Below, one piece after another: positions 50,744 through 64,000 of a stretch of 64,000 bases of DNA. The notes below the pieces were generated by a model. The model saw only the letters and a list, made by a program, of their open reading frames with translations, was not told the origin of the DNA and made no database searches. Where the stretch lies: assembly GCA_964016885.1 (NCBI GenBank), contig OZ024741.1, positions 87,048,001-87,112,000 on the forward strand. The letters are read 5' to 3'. Position 1 is the first letter of the stretch. Every line of letters starts with the position of its first letter. Both the position numbers and the translations under genes were made by a program. This stretch comes from Eledone cirrhosa. Its lineage: Eukaryota.

Positions 50744-52690
50744 TTTGACATCAATAACTACTACTTCTCCATCACTTCTTCTCCATTCTTCTTAGAGCTA
50801 TCAATTTCGCTAAAACGCTCACGGTGGTTAAGGATTTCGAAGTTGATGTTATCCTCAATGCTCGTAAGTCGGTGTTTAATTTCGACGACTCTATTTGGAT
50901 AAAAAAATTTAATAGTACCCCATTCGACGTGAGTATGCGCGCCAGCGTTTCGGCGGAGGTTACAGATCTCATCGACCTTTTCCTTCTTTCCTCTATCAAG
51001 GAAGAATTCCCTAATGTAGGCGGTGGTTTGTACCGCGATGACGATCTTTTGACCATGACAAAGTGCGGTCCCCGCGTTTGCGACAGGTTTAGAAAAGAAC
51101 TCACAGCCTTCTTTAAAGGCTTCAACCTCGCCATACAGTTTGAGGCCAACTTTTCGGTCGTAAACAATCTCGACGTTACCTCAATTTGTCGAATGGCTTG
51201 CACTACCCGTATAGAAAGCCGAATGATACGCTTAATTACATCAGTAAGCATTCTAACCATCCTGCCAGCATAACCAAGAACCTGGTAAGAAACGTTTCTT
51301 TGAGTATTTCCCGTCTATCTACAAACGAGCATATTTTCACCGACCATTCCACATATTACAATGAAGCTCTTGTTCGGAGTGGATTTGTCGATAAGGTAGC
51401 ATATACTAAGTATGAGCATAAACCTAGGAAAAATTGATCCCGACGCATTATATAGTATAACCCACCATAAAATATGGAGGTGGCCATACCATTAGCTAAG
51501 ATCTTTCTCTCCCTTATTAAGAAGCACTTCCTCTCAGCGCATAAATATAATAACATTTTTAATAGAAATACCGTTAAAATATCTTACTGGAGTCTAAAAG
51601 ACAACCACACCCAATATAGGTTACACTGGGAGATCCTAACTAAAGCTAGATCGTATAACGGAAATAAAAGCCCATGCGATCTTTGTGCCGCTGAAGCCCT
51701 GGAAATACTCTACGCCAATGATCACATCTTAAACAAAAATCTGAGGCAATTTCGGCTTGTAAACACAAATTGCATAAAACTTTCCTGTATTACAGCCCCA
51801 CATTATACCCTAACGGATAGTACGAACAATACGCGGATAATTTACGTCTTGATGTAGTAGCTAAGTATATTCTATGTTTATACCATTACTTATTTGTATA
51901 GGTAAGTATACCTTACCCGAATGTTTTGTGGAGGTACGTATACTTTCTCGTACGTATTTATGCTTGTATTTGTTATAGGTGTATATATTATATATACTGG
52001 TATATGTGTATATGGTTATGTGTATTTTGTGTTTGCGTGTGTGTGTATGCGTGTTTACACGTATGTAAGATGTGTATATATGTGTACATTGAGTTTCGGT
52101 ATACGTACGTTTGGTGAACATATGTGTATTTACCTGTAGGTATGTGTGTGTATGCGTCATATACGTATTTATGTGTGTATGTTTATATACGTTTATATAA
52201 TTATATGTATACACACACATATTATTTTATGTGTATTTGGTGTATACGTTCGTATGTGTGCGGGTACATGTGTCGCGCGGGTTTATGTATGTGTTCGTGT
52301 GTTTATGTGTGCGTGCATGTATATGCATGCATGGTGGGTGTTTTCGTGTATGCACGTGTATGTACGTATATAGATGTGTGTATGTATATATATATTTAAT
52401 TATTATTACTTTTATGATTTTAATAACCTCTGTCATTTTCGTTCTACTAATTTATTTACATTATTCTTAACTCCGAAGCCGAGAATCATTCGGTTTCCTA
52501 AATATAATATTAGTCTACAACCCCATTTATAAATGTGATTTTGTCTTTGCGTGTATTTGTTCTCAACGTCCACATAACAACGTATTATCTTCGTTTTTTT
52601 CTTTCATTGCCAGGGAACGTCTTCACGAACCAAAGTATCGTCTTCCTGTTTTCCTTCGGTTGCAAAACTTTAATCTGTTATTTTAATAAA
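50744..52690 (+). mobile_element. Degenerate Penelope-like element (YRDD type) with probable 3' region
   Basis: [10 protein letters not shown] (motif A), FDVSM, GLYRDD, YRKPND...SNHP and a GIY-YIG C-terminal remnant (LKD...W.I...CDLC..E...LN). The 3' boundary is uncertain. Confidence 0.75.
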
Positions 52691-52692
52691 TA

Positions 52693-53589
<897 letters not shown>

Positions 53590-53710
53590 ATACTTTGGGA
53601 GGGCCATGTTGCCAATAAGAAACACACGCACCAGTTGCTTTCACTTCAATTTATTATATATTTATAAATTTATAAATTTACAAATTTATAAATTTCTGGT
53701 TGGTATATAT

Positions 53711-53755
53711 AGTCATAGTTCTTTCGTCACACACTCTGTGACCTCTTCAGTGACT
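53711..53755 (-). ncRNA. Minimal hammerhead ribozyme in the inverted PLE1 arm
   Basis: Reverse complement of 57248-57292. Confidence 0.72.
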
Positions 53756-54392
53756 GGGGATTCCTTTCTTTGTTTCTGTGCCTCTCCTTTGTTCTGTCCT
53801 ACGCCATTTTGTTTCTGTGTGTGTGTTGTGTGCTCAGTCTGCGCATGCGCCACATCCGGGTGTCTGTGTGTGTTTATGTTCATTTATTTATTTGTTTATT
53901 TACATGTTACTGGTTGGTTGTTTGTTATATGTGTATGTGTGTTTTCATTTTGTCCTTAATTGAAAGTTGTGATGTTGCTATTCCACTCATATTTTCTATT
54001 TAATTTTGGTTGTAATTCTTTTATGTTTATTGCCTCTGTAATTTGTCTAAACATTGCGTCTTTTCTGTGTGTAGATTCTATTTTTATTTCTATGTTCTCT
54101 AATTTACCCTTGTGTTCTATCTTAGCATGTTGGTAGAGTACAGATGATTCTTTATTATCTTGAAGGTCTCGCCAGTGTTCATTTATCCGTTCCCCTACAC
54201 TACGAGCTGTCTCACCTATGTACACTATATTTTTGTCTCTACATTGTCCTTCAGTACATCTTATGCTATACACTACATTTCTAGTTTTACAGTTAATATG
54301 GGGGCTTATTTTACAGGTTATACATTTCTTATCTATACATGAGGGTCTTTGAAAAGGGTATGTCTTGCTAATAAGTGTTTTTACGGAGGTAC

Positions 54393-57047
54393 TTGGTATT
54401 TCTAGTAATGACAGTAGCACAGAAATCACAGAAATAAGGGAAAGTAATAGGATTAAAAGGAGAAGGGAGACTAAGGACAAAGAGAATAACCAAGACGAAC
54501 ACACAGACACACAAAATAGGGTAGATAACAACAATGAGCCAGTGGAAAGAGACAGGAGTAATTATGAGAGACATAGAAACAACCATGAGGCTGTTGGTGG
54601 AAATAGAAATAGAAACAACACAACTAACAATAACAATAGCACTAGTACACATAAAGCAGCAGCCTGGAACTCTACGTTTTATAATCCCTCCGATAAATCA
54701 TTCGACCTGCGACGAGTCCACGCCACGACTTTACCATTTAACAAACGCACGCAATTGCCGTCGCAGGTCGATGAACAAACAGAAGCACAATTTAGTATAG
54801 CTAGATCTGAACTTAGAAATATTATAGAACAGTATAGCAAGAAGCATAATAGAATGGAGGCCCAGCAACTGGGAGAAAAATCTGCAAATGGCTTGCGTAA
54901 GCTCATGAAGCGCTCACGTAATGGAGAGATAGCATGCTTTCCAACAGACAAGTCTGGCAGAATGTCGGTTGACAGCCTTCCAAACTACATCCAGGCAATG
55001 CAACCCCACATCACTAACACAAGAGAGGTAACACCACAGGAGCATGAGGATAGAGAAAAAGCCCTCAATGCCCATATGGTGATGTGGACGAATATAATGC
55101 AGCCCAACAAAAGGACTGCCAACAACTTCCAGGCCTGGAACAATGACGTGCCGGCGTTGTATGGGCTTCGAAAAGACCATAAAACGGGCTGTGACTCTGT
55201 CGCGGGACCACCAACACGGCCAGTCTGTGGAGCTAACATTGCTAGTAACTACAGACTGTCCTACTTCCTCTCCCTGATCATACGCCCCATCATTGAAATG
55301 TTCCCAGATGTATGTGACAGCACGGAGGACCTCCTCAGCAGAATCGGCGTGATTAACCGATCTGGGGACCTAACAAACTGCATAATAGGCAGTATGGATG
55401 TTGTGTCCCTGTATCCATCTATTGACGTGGATTTTGCTGTGGAGAAATGCGTAGAAATGATCAGTGAGAGCAAGGTTGAGTTCCGTGGGATTGATACCAG
55501 TGAGCTGGGACTCCTACTTAAGCTTACCTATAGTAATAGTTACCTAGACACATATGACCTTAGCAGCCTGTGCCCTACAAGACCAGCAAGAGGCAGACCA
55601 CCTACCATTACCTCAATGGCCAAGAAAACCCACACAGATAGATGGAACGGGTGGACCAGAGCCATACGGACACCCGAAAACCACGATGAACTGAAGAAAA
55701 TGATTGCACATGCGGTAGGGGCCAGCATAAAACTAACCGTTAAGGAACATATGCTCAAATTTAATGGAAAAACATATGCCCAAGAGGAAGGAGCAGCCAT
55801 TGGTGTTAGCATTGCAGGCGACATAGCTAACTTATTCATGGTATGGTGGGACAGTAGACTTAAACTTAAACTTAAAGAACAATTAGAAGACCCCTTAACC
55901 CTGATAATGTACTCCCGCTACGTAGATGATATAAACATCGTAGTTAAGACACCCCCACTAGAGAACAGTCAGGAACTAGAGAAAAACACAATGGAAAGCA
56001 TCCAGCAAATAGCAAACTCCATCCACCAGAGCATTAGAGTTACTATAGACTACCCAAGTAAACACCCCAACCATCGATTACCTGTACTAGACACAGAGCT
56101 CTGGTTAGATACCATTAACAACAAAAAACAAATCCTCCATTCCCATTATGCCAAACCCATGACTTCCAAACATCTGATCCACCGAAACTCGGCCATTTCG
56201 GACCATACCAAAATCAACATACTGATTGCGGATTTGGTACGGGTGATGAGAAATGTGTCCCGCATGTGCAACCCCGAAGAACTAGAGAGACACATACAAC
56301 ACTTCATCCACCGTATGCAGTTATCTGGCTACAATCAGAGAAAAAATCAGAGTGTATAGAGGAGCCGGAACCAAATGGGAAAAAATGGTAAATAATGACA
56401 TAAATGGGACCTGCCCCTTGTATAGGAGCACATTTTGGAATAGAATAGAAAGAACTAGGAACAAGGCTAATAGAATAAACTCATGGTATGATAGCAATAA
56501 ATACCAGAGTGTAATGTTCATCAATACAACCCCTAGAGGTGAATTAGCTTACAAATTTAGAAGGGCCCTAAATAAACATAAACTCAACATTAAGATAGTA
56601 GAAAGACCAGGTACCTCCGTAAAAACACTTATTAGCAAGACATACCCTTTTCAAAGACCCTCATGTATAGATAAGAAATGTATAACCTGTAAAATAAGCC
56701 CCCATATTAACTGTAAAACTAGAAATGTAGTGTATAGCATAAGATGTACTGAAGGACAATGTAGAGACAAAAATATAGTGTACATAGGTGAGACAGCTCG
56801 TAGTGTAGGGGAACGGATAAATGAACACTGGCGAGACCTTCAAGATAATAAAGAATCATCTGTACTCTACCAACATGCTAAGATAGAACACAAGGGTAAA
56901 TTAGAGAACATAGAAATAAAAATAGAATCTACACACAGAAAAGACGCAATGTTTAGACAAATTACAGAGGCAATAAACATAAAAGAATTACGACCAAAAT
57001 TAAATAGAAAATATGAGTGGAACAGCAACATCACAACTTACAATTAA
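54393..57047 (+). CDS. PLE reverse transcriptase + GIY-YIG endonuclease (5'-truncated, one frameshift in an A-run at ~56341)
   Basis: DKSG, SMDVVSLYPSI, GAAIG, YSRYVDD, LPVLD, Cys linker CIDKKCITC (Neptune-like), VVYSIRC...YIGET...RINEH...E...LN. Confidence 0.9.
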
Positions 57048-57247
57048 GGACAAAATGAAAACACACACACACATAGAACAAACAACCAACCAGTAACATG
57101 TAAATAAACAAATAAATAAATGAACATAAACGCACACAGACACCCGGATGTGGCGCATGCGCAGACTGAGCACACAACACACACACAGAAACAAAATGGC
57201 GTAGGACAGAACAAAGGAGAGGCACAGAAACAAAGAAAGGAATCCCC

Positions 57248-57292
57248 AGTCACTGAAGAGGTCACAGAGTGTGTGACGAAAGAACTATGACT
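57248..57292 (+). ncRNA. Minimal hammerhead ribozyme in the PLE1 3' pLTR
   Basis: AGTCA-CTGAAGA-G-GTCACA(GAGTG)TGTGAC-GAAA-GAAC-TA-TGACT. Confidence 0.75.
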
Positions 57293-57442
57293 ATATATAA
57301 ACAACTATCTGGTTGTGGAACCAACCAACCAACCAGAAATTTATAAATGTGTAAATTTATCAATTTATAAATATATAATAAATTGAAGTGAAAGCAACTG
57401 GTGCGTGTGTTTCTTATTGGCAACATGACCCTCCCAAAGTAT

Positions 57443-57500
<58 letters not shown>

Positions 57501-57733
57501 CAGAGAATGTCTGTTTGTCTGTCTGTCTGATTCCCTAAAACTCGAGAACCACACAACCGATTGTTTTCAAACACATGTAATACTTATGGTCCTGTGAGTT
57601 TTTTGAGCAAAAACAATTTCAAATTTTCAATGCCCTAGGGACCGCATTACGCGATTTAGCGATCTGTTTATAATTCTTAGTTTTCTTTTTAGATAGATAC
57701 ATAGATATAACGTTGCGCCCTTATAATATCTGT

Positions 57734-60700
57734 TAAGTGTTAATTGAACAAGTACTTTCATGCTTTCGCAATCTTCAGGTTCATATTCTGTGGTGACAGT
57801 CAAGTTTTCAATTTTCAACTGTAATGAGATGGGTAAATTTTATGCCTTATATACAGTGAAAAGCGGCTACAGAATGCTAGATTCTGCAAACTGTATTCGA
57901 CCAATCGGTGTGTAGTTTCATTGGATTGCTAAAGCTGATTGGTTTAGGTGTCACGGTTGGTTGAGCATATCTAACGACTACTATTTGACCCTATCCAAAG
58001 CATCAATTGTTTTGCTATTTTTAGAAATGATGAAAATAGCATTTTCTAGTAATCATCACCATCAACATCACTTCCATTATTATTACTGTTGTTGTTGTTG
58101 TTAGTGGTAGTAGTCGACATGGTCGTAGTCATAGTAGGAGTAATACCCCATTATTATTGTTCATTTAGCTTGGGTTGGAATTTATTAATAAAATACTTTT
58201 CTTTGATTTTTCTCTTGATTTCACTTGGGCTGTTCATATATTGACCGTTGTGTATGGATTGACATGTGCCACATCGACTATCATTGCATTTAGATACAGT
58301 GAATGATTGGTCTTTGTTGTTAAGGTCAAACTTTGCTTTTGTTAGTAATTGCTTCAAATTTTTCGGCTGTCTTTTACTAAGAGTCAAAGATCGGTCTGTG
58401 ATTAAGCCTTTTAATTCATTACTTTGAGCAATGAACGGTAGGTTTGCTTTGGCAGTGTTGAAGATATTCTGGTGACATGGGTTGTGTGTCATTATAAATG
58501 GTATGGCCAGTTCTTGGTTTCTTCTTCCTTGGGTTGTCCTAAGTTGTTGTATAGGTATTTTTATAGCCCGCTGTATGCCATTTTCTATAAGTAGAGATGG
58601 GTATTTTTTTTTGAGCAAAAATTCTCTTAGTTCTGTTAGGCGTTTGTTCCTGGTATTCGTATCTTCTACAATGGTACAAATTCTTCTGGCTAGGCAGTAT
58701 GGGATGTTGCGTTTTGTATGAGGTGGATGGCACGACTTAAAATTCAGATATTGATGGGTGTCTGTGTGTTTATAATATATATCCGTGGTAATGGTGGTGT
58801 AGTTTTTGATTACCATTATATCTAGGAATGGTAATTTGGTACTACTCATCTCTTTTGTGAATTGGAGAGATGGGTGTAGGTTATTCAGGAGGATATTGAA
58901 CTCATCCAGAGTATCTAGAGATTCTGTCCAGATGATGAAACAGTCGTCAAGGTATCTCTTCCAAGATTTTTCAATGTACTTTCTAAAGTCAGTACTATAT
59001 TTTTGCTCTATTTCTTGGTAGAGTTGTTGTTCTAAGTATCCCATTACAGAGTTCGCGTAAACGGGAGCAAACTTCGTTCCCATCGCTGTGCCTCTAATTT
59101 GGTTGTAGTTCTTTCCATTGAAGAAGAAAGTGTTGTTTTCCAGAATAAGTTTAACTGCGTCTAATATAAATGGCACTGTGAATCTGGTGGGAATCACTTC
59201 TCTATGTTTTTCCACCCAGTATTTAACCGCCTTTATTCCTAAATCATGTGTAATGTTGGTGTAAAGGCTTACCACATCAAAACTAAGTAGAAGTGAATTC
59301 GTTTCCGTGGTTTTGGGAAGATGGGACAGGAAGTCGATATCATCCCGGATGAAACTGGGTATGTGAATAATGTCAACAAAATTGTTTAGACGGTGGGTGG
59401 GGCATGCTGGACCAGCTATAATAGGTCTAAGTTTTAAGTCTTTTGGGTGTAGTAATTTAATGAACTCACTGTTTTGTTCTTTTACTGCCAGTTGTATTTC
59501 TTTTGAATTATGAACTTTCGGTAGACCATACAGGTTGCTGGGTTTTGGCTCAAAATTGGTAATGTAGTCTCTTTCTTCATAAGTAAGTGAGTTGTGGTAT
59601 TTTGAAGCCAGGTTGTTGATCTTCTTCATGATGTTGTGGTCTATATTTGACGGTATTTCATGATAGAATGTTGTGTCTTTCAGTTGTTGCTCAACCAAAT
59701 CTTTGTAGTATTCAGCATCCATTATAACAACTGCACCCCCTTTATCTGCTTGTTTAATTATTATTGTTTTATCATTTTGTATACGTTTAAGTGCAGACAT
59801 TTCTGATTTGTTAATGTTTGGCCTAACATTAGTATTATGTCTAAGAGGAAATTTAGACAGGATGTCAATGTATTGGTCGAGATAGATATTTCTTCCTTTT
59901 GGCGGAGTGAAATTTGATTTATTCTTTACTAGTGATTCATCACTCATTACTTTTATCAGCGAAGAATTCTACAAGACGTAATTTACGACAGAATTCTTGG
60001 TTATCCTCCTTCAGTTCTTGGTGGTTGACTGTTGGAGTCGGTGTGAATTTCAGTCCTTTTGACAGAATTTGCATTTCATCATTGTCAAGATCACTTTTGG
60101 ATAAATTAATTATTTTAGGATTTACGTGTACAGTTGTTTTGGGTATGTTTCCTCCTGGAGTTTTTCTTTTTCCGGTTTTTGTTGTCCTGACGTTAAAAAA
60201 GGGATTTTTCTCTGTTCAGGATTTATATTCCTGTTGGTGTTTGCCTGATGAACTTTTGGTCGCGATATTATATTTGGTTTCGTTATGTTTTTTGTCCTAT
60301 TTTTGGTATTATGTATATTATTTTTCCATTTCTTGTTAGTATTATTTTTAACAATCTGGGGAAATGACCTAGGTTTGCTTTCAGGTTTAAATCGTTTTTT
60401 CGCCCAGTTTCCTGTGGATAATCTCTGTTGAGATCTTGAGAGTGATCTGGTTATTCTACGGTTTTTTCACCCGTTCCTTGTGGGTAGTCTCTGTTGAGAT
60501 CTTGAGAATGATCTCTTGGTTTTTCTACTTCTCATAGTCTGGTCAAAAGAATATCTATCGTGTTTGTGCTTTTTGTTCATGTTGTGTGCGTTAGGGTGTT
60601 TTTGTAGGAAAAGCGAATAGTTCTTACCGTAGTTCTTCTTTGATTCAAGGTAAGGTGAGTGTTTGTGTTGCCACGTGTTCTGGCGTATGCTGTGTTGGGG

Positions 60701-61360
60701 AGATTGTCCACTTTTAATGCTTTTTATCAGAGTTCCAGAGTTTTTACCGTAATTTGCAGCATTTTCGTCGAGAAATAATTGTTTCTGCTGCCATAACTTT
60801 CTTGATTTGCTTTCTTCTTTTGAGATATCTCTGATCCATAGTTCTCGTAGTTTTTCAGCTATATTACCAGTCGTTAGCTTTGAAATTTTGACTTCAATTT
60901 GGTCATCAATAGCTTCATATTTGGCTTTGTAGCTGGATTGTTTACATTGAGAAATGGAGATGTCGGTCCTGAATTTTGTCAATGTAAGTTCCCATCGGAG
61001 TTTTGTTTCTTCTTCTGGTTCTCCTACAATTTCTGTAATTAGGTATTTACGAGGGAGTATGGGTGCCGTTAGAGAGAGCCATTTCGAATGTGTTTCGACA
61101 TATTTTTCGCATTTGTATGCTTTCCAGAAGTTTTGTTTTCTTATGTTAAGAATTTTTTTCCATGTCTTCCACATTTTTTTTCTTATTCGATGTGTTTTGT
61201 TTTTCAAATTTCTTTCGTTTTGTTCTGACATCCAAGGGGGTTGTTGTAGGCTTTCTCTTGTATCTTTGATAACTGTTGGTATAATTTCAGCTAAATTCTT
61301 AATTTCAGAGTTTATATGTTCAGTTATAAGTTTTCCGTCTGTAGATTGTTTTTCTATTTA
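57734..61360 (-). mobile_element. Penelope-like element PLE2 (long N-terminal region, GIY-YIG core deleted)
   Basis: ORF 58154-59947 has ADKGG, SFDVVSLYTNI, GTAMG, RYLDD, LPFLD and CNDSRCGTC, then jumps to E....NKFQPKLN. Upstream are INLSK...KGLKFTP and ORF 60467-61231. Confidence 0.88.
57745..57783 (-). ncRNA. Minimal hammerhead ribozyme in the PLE2 3' region
   Basis: TGAAC-CTGAAGA-T-TGC(GAAA)GCA-T-GAAA-GTAC-TT-GTTCA, with a palindromic AGTACT stem III. Confidence 0.72.
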
Positions 61361-61641
61361 AAGGAAATAGAAAAACAATTACTGTGGTTACCCCCGATTG
61401 AACCCGGGATAAACTTATATATATACTCGTATATATCGTGTGTGAAGCTCAGCGTTTCTGTAATTGCAGTTATTTTCTGCGCCTGAGCTTCCTATATCTT
61501 ATATATATATTGTTTTTTTTCTGGCAATATTATAACAATATGACCCTACCCAAGTATAACAATATATATATATATATATTCTATTTTAGGAATATGTTTT
61601 GAGAGTGTATGTATGTGACACATGCGCGCACGCACACACAC

Positions 61642-61776
<135 letters not shown>

Positions 61777-62002
61777 TACGCACATACATACACATTCACA
61801 TAACCTCTCAAAACATATTCCTAAAATGGAATTTCTATGACAAATCCTACAACTATAAGTGGACCTAAAGTACACATTCCTAGCTTATATCTTCCGTCCA
61901 ATTCCCACCACTGAACCTTTAACCAATGTTTTAACACGCACATATATATATAGAAATCTTCCTACAACAACGTTGACCTGTTAAATCTGAGCTTTTCGAA
62001 TA

Positions 62003-62170
62003 TTAATAATTGTTTCTACTTTTGGCACAAGGCCACCAATTACCCCGTGCATTACTAGTCCGTAAAGGGGCGTAACTATGCTGCAAAGCATAGCATAGTT
62101 ACGCCCCTTTACGGACTGAGTTCAAATCCCGCCGAGGTTAACTTTGCCTTTCATCCTTACGGGATTCGAT
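62003..62170. mobile_element. Rearranged (fold-back) SINE copy
   Basis: SINE 3' end on the minus strand, a perfect 26-bp hairpin (62057-62082 / 62092-62117), then B box and core on the plus strand. Confidence 0.78.
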
Positions 62171-62995
62171 TTGTTTGCAATTATGCAAACAGACTCTTTA
62201 GACCATGCCAATAGCTAGTGATATTTCCTGGAATATACAGTGACTGATCGGCCTGATTTGAATACTAGCAGACTGGCTGATCAGTCAGATCTGCATATTA
62301 GCAGACCCACTGATCAGCCAGATTTGCATATCAGCAGATAGCGCAATCAGTTTCATGTATACGAGCGATGAATGGCCGCCTTTGTTACTAGCTCTGACAG
62401 TTGGCAAGTATGCGGTATACGGTACTGATGAAGGGTAATCAGCCAGAAACATTGTGTCTTCCGTTCTGTTTATATGCCAACACATGAGCAAGAATGACGG
62501 AGTCATTTTACTGACATGGCTTAAAGAGGTTCTTTGTATAATTGCAAACGAATCGAATATTATTATTAATATTCGAAAAGCTCAGATTTACATTTCTTGT
62601 ATTCAGCCATGGAGAGCGATAAAACTATTTATATATATATATACTAGCCGAATTACCCGCGCCTTTACACTTTTTTTGTAAGAAAATGATGATTGATTTT
62701 AAATCAGTGATATAATTTATGGAGAAAAACTTTTCAAAATATCAATTCAAATCTTTTGTGAATAGGCATCATATCTTGTCATTTACCTATGGTTTAAATT
62801 TCATATAAATCGAAGGGAAAAAATGTTCAGCTTGTGTTTGTGCCCCCGGATAACCCTTTAATAAAATGAAATACACTTATCCAAGTAGCCTGGGCAATGT
62901 AGTTTCAGAATATATATGGTTATGGGAGTCTATCTCCAAAACCATAAGAGGAGTTCGTGAACAAACAAAGAGGAACTACAACTTTATATATATAG

Positions 62996-63095
<100 letters not shown>

Positions 63096-63246
63096 ATATA
63101 AAGTATTCCACTAAAGTGATTCAGTCATTCTCGCAACACGAACTATGAACAGATCTTCTTCAACAGATCATTTTTTTAATAAATCAAAATTTTAATCATC
63201 AAATATTTAATATTTGATCAGATGAATTACCTCGAAACTGGTAATA

Positions 63247-63849
63247 TCTATCTAAATATTACTAAAAGTCTGTGATTGCTTGTCTGTAATGTAATACAGC
63301 CAAACGGGTACGTAATGACCCTGAAATGCGAATTCAAATGGAATAAAACAAGTTTCGCGTAAATCGAAGAACGGGTTCTTCTGGGTATCTTCATAAACAA
63401 AGAGAGAGAAAGATAGAGAGAAAGAGATAGTGGTTGTGAAAGAATAAATTGAAAAAGAGAGACATGGGGAGAGGGAGAGGAGACAGAGAAGGAAATGGAA
63501 GAGAGCTGGTGGTGTTGTTGTGTGTATATATATATATCAGTGTGTGTATATATATATGTGTGTGTGCGTGTGTGTCTATGACCAGTGTATATAGATCACA
63601 GACACCCACAAATGTACACACACACACATACATCTCTCTCTATATATATATGTATACACACACACACACACACATTTATATATATACACATACACACACA
63701 TATATATATGTATGGGCCTTCCAGTTTCATTTGACATCATATAAATGTCTGTGTATATTTTTATTATTTAAAAATTATTTTTAAGTGAACATGATTTAAA
63801 AAAAAATATTTTGAAGTGAACGTGACCAAACGGGTCACGGGTGGTCTAG
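63247..63849 (+). mobile_element. Non-autonomous Helitron, followed head-to-tail by a second copy (63850 to window end)
   Basis: 5' A|TC, 3' hairpin CGTGACC-AAACG-GGTCACG (63821-63839) and CTAG|T. The 5' sequence restarts at ~63851. Confidence 0.82.
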
Positions 63850-64000
63850 TATACTACTAAAACTCTGTGATTGATTGCTTGCTTGCTTGTCTGTAATGTA
63901 ATACAGCCAAAAGGGCGCATAATGGGAAAATACTTTGAAAGGAAGTTGCCCCTGAAATGGGAATACAAATGGAATAAAACAAGTTTTGCGTAAATCGAAC

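Larger units (their letters stand above)
53584..57448 (+). mobile_element. Penelope-like element PLE1 with an inverted 5'-truncated copy of its 3' end (53584-54392)
   Basis: RT + GIY-YIG ORF. 53584-54392 is the reverse complement of 56611-57448, and both 3' ends run into (TA)n. Confidence 0.92.

Noticed and set aside
62644-62870. Additional minus-strand Helitron 3' end (TACTAGCCGAATTACCCGCG)
   Set aside because: CTAG is present, but the subterminal hairpin is incomplete and no matching 5' end was found.

Overview
AT-rich animal genomic DNA made almost entirely of transposable elements and microsatellites. The (TA)n/(CA)n density and the tRNA-derived SINE suggest an octopod mollusc, but that is inference. 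No prokaryotic genes and no securely identifiable host gene are present. Zone 1 (1-31290) is a host-DNA-free array of about 13 non-LTR retrotransposon copies or fragments, mostly separated by (TAA)n/(ATT)n microsatellite. It holds two R4/Dong-like RLE families (A and B) and one Tx1-like APE family. The RLE and Tx1 copies always sit in opposite orientation relative to the microsatellite strand, on both sides of an internal inversion near 18453. The two long Tx1 copies share a near-identical ORF2 but have strongly divergent 5'UTR/ORF1 modules. Zone 2 (31291-64000) is a (TA)n/(CA)n-rich landscape. It contains three Penelope-like elements (two with hammerhead ribozymes), two related non-coding 421-466 bp hammerhead-bearing partial-tandem elements (retrozyme-like), RTE and CR1-like relics, SINEs, MITE-like hairpins and non-autonomous Helitrons. 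Coordinates were read by eye and may be off by a few bases.
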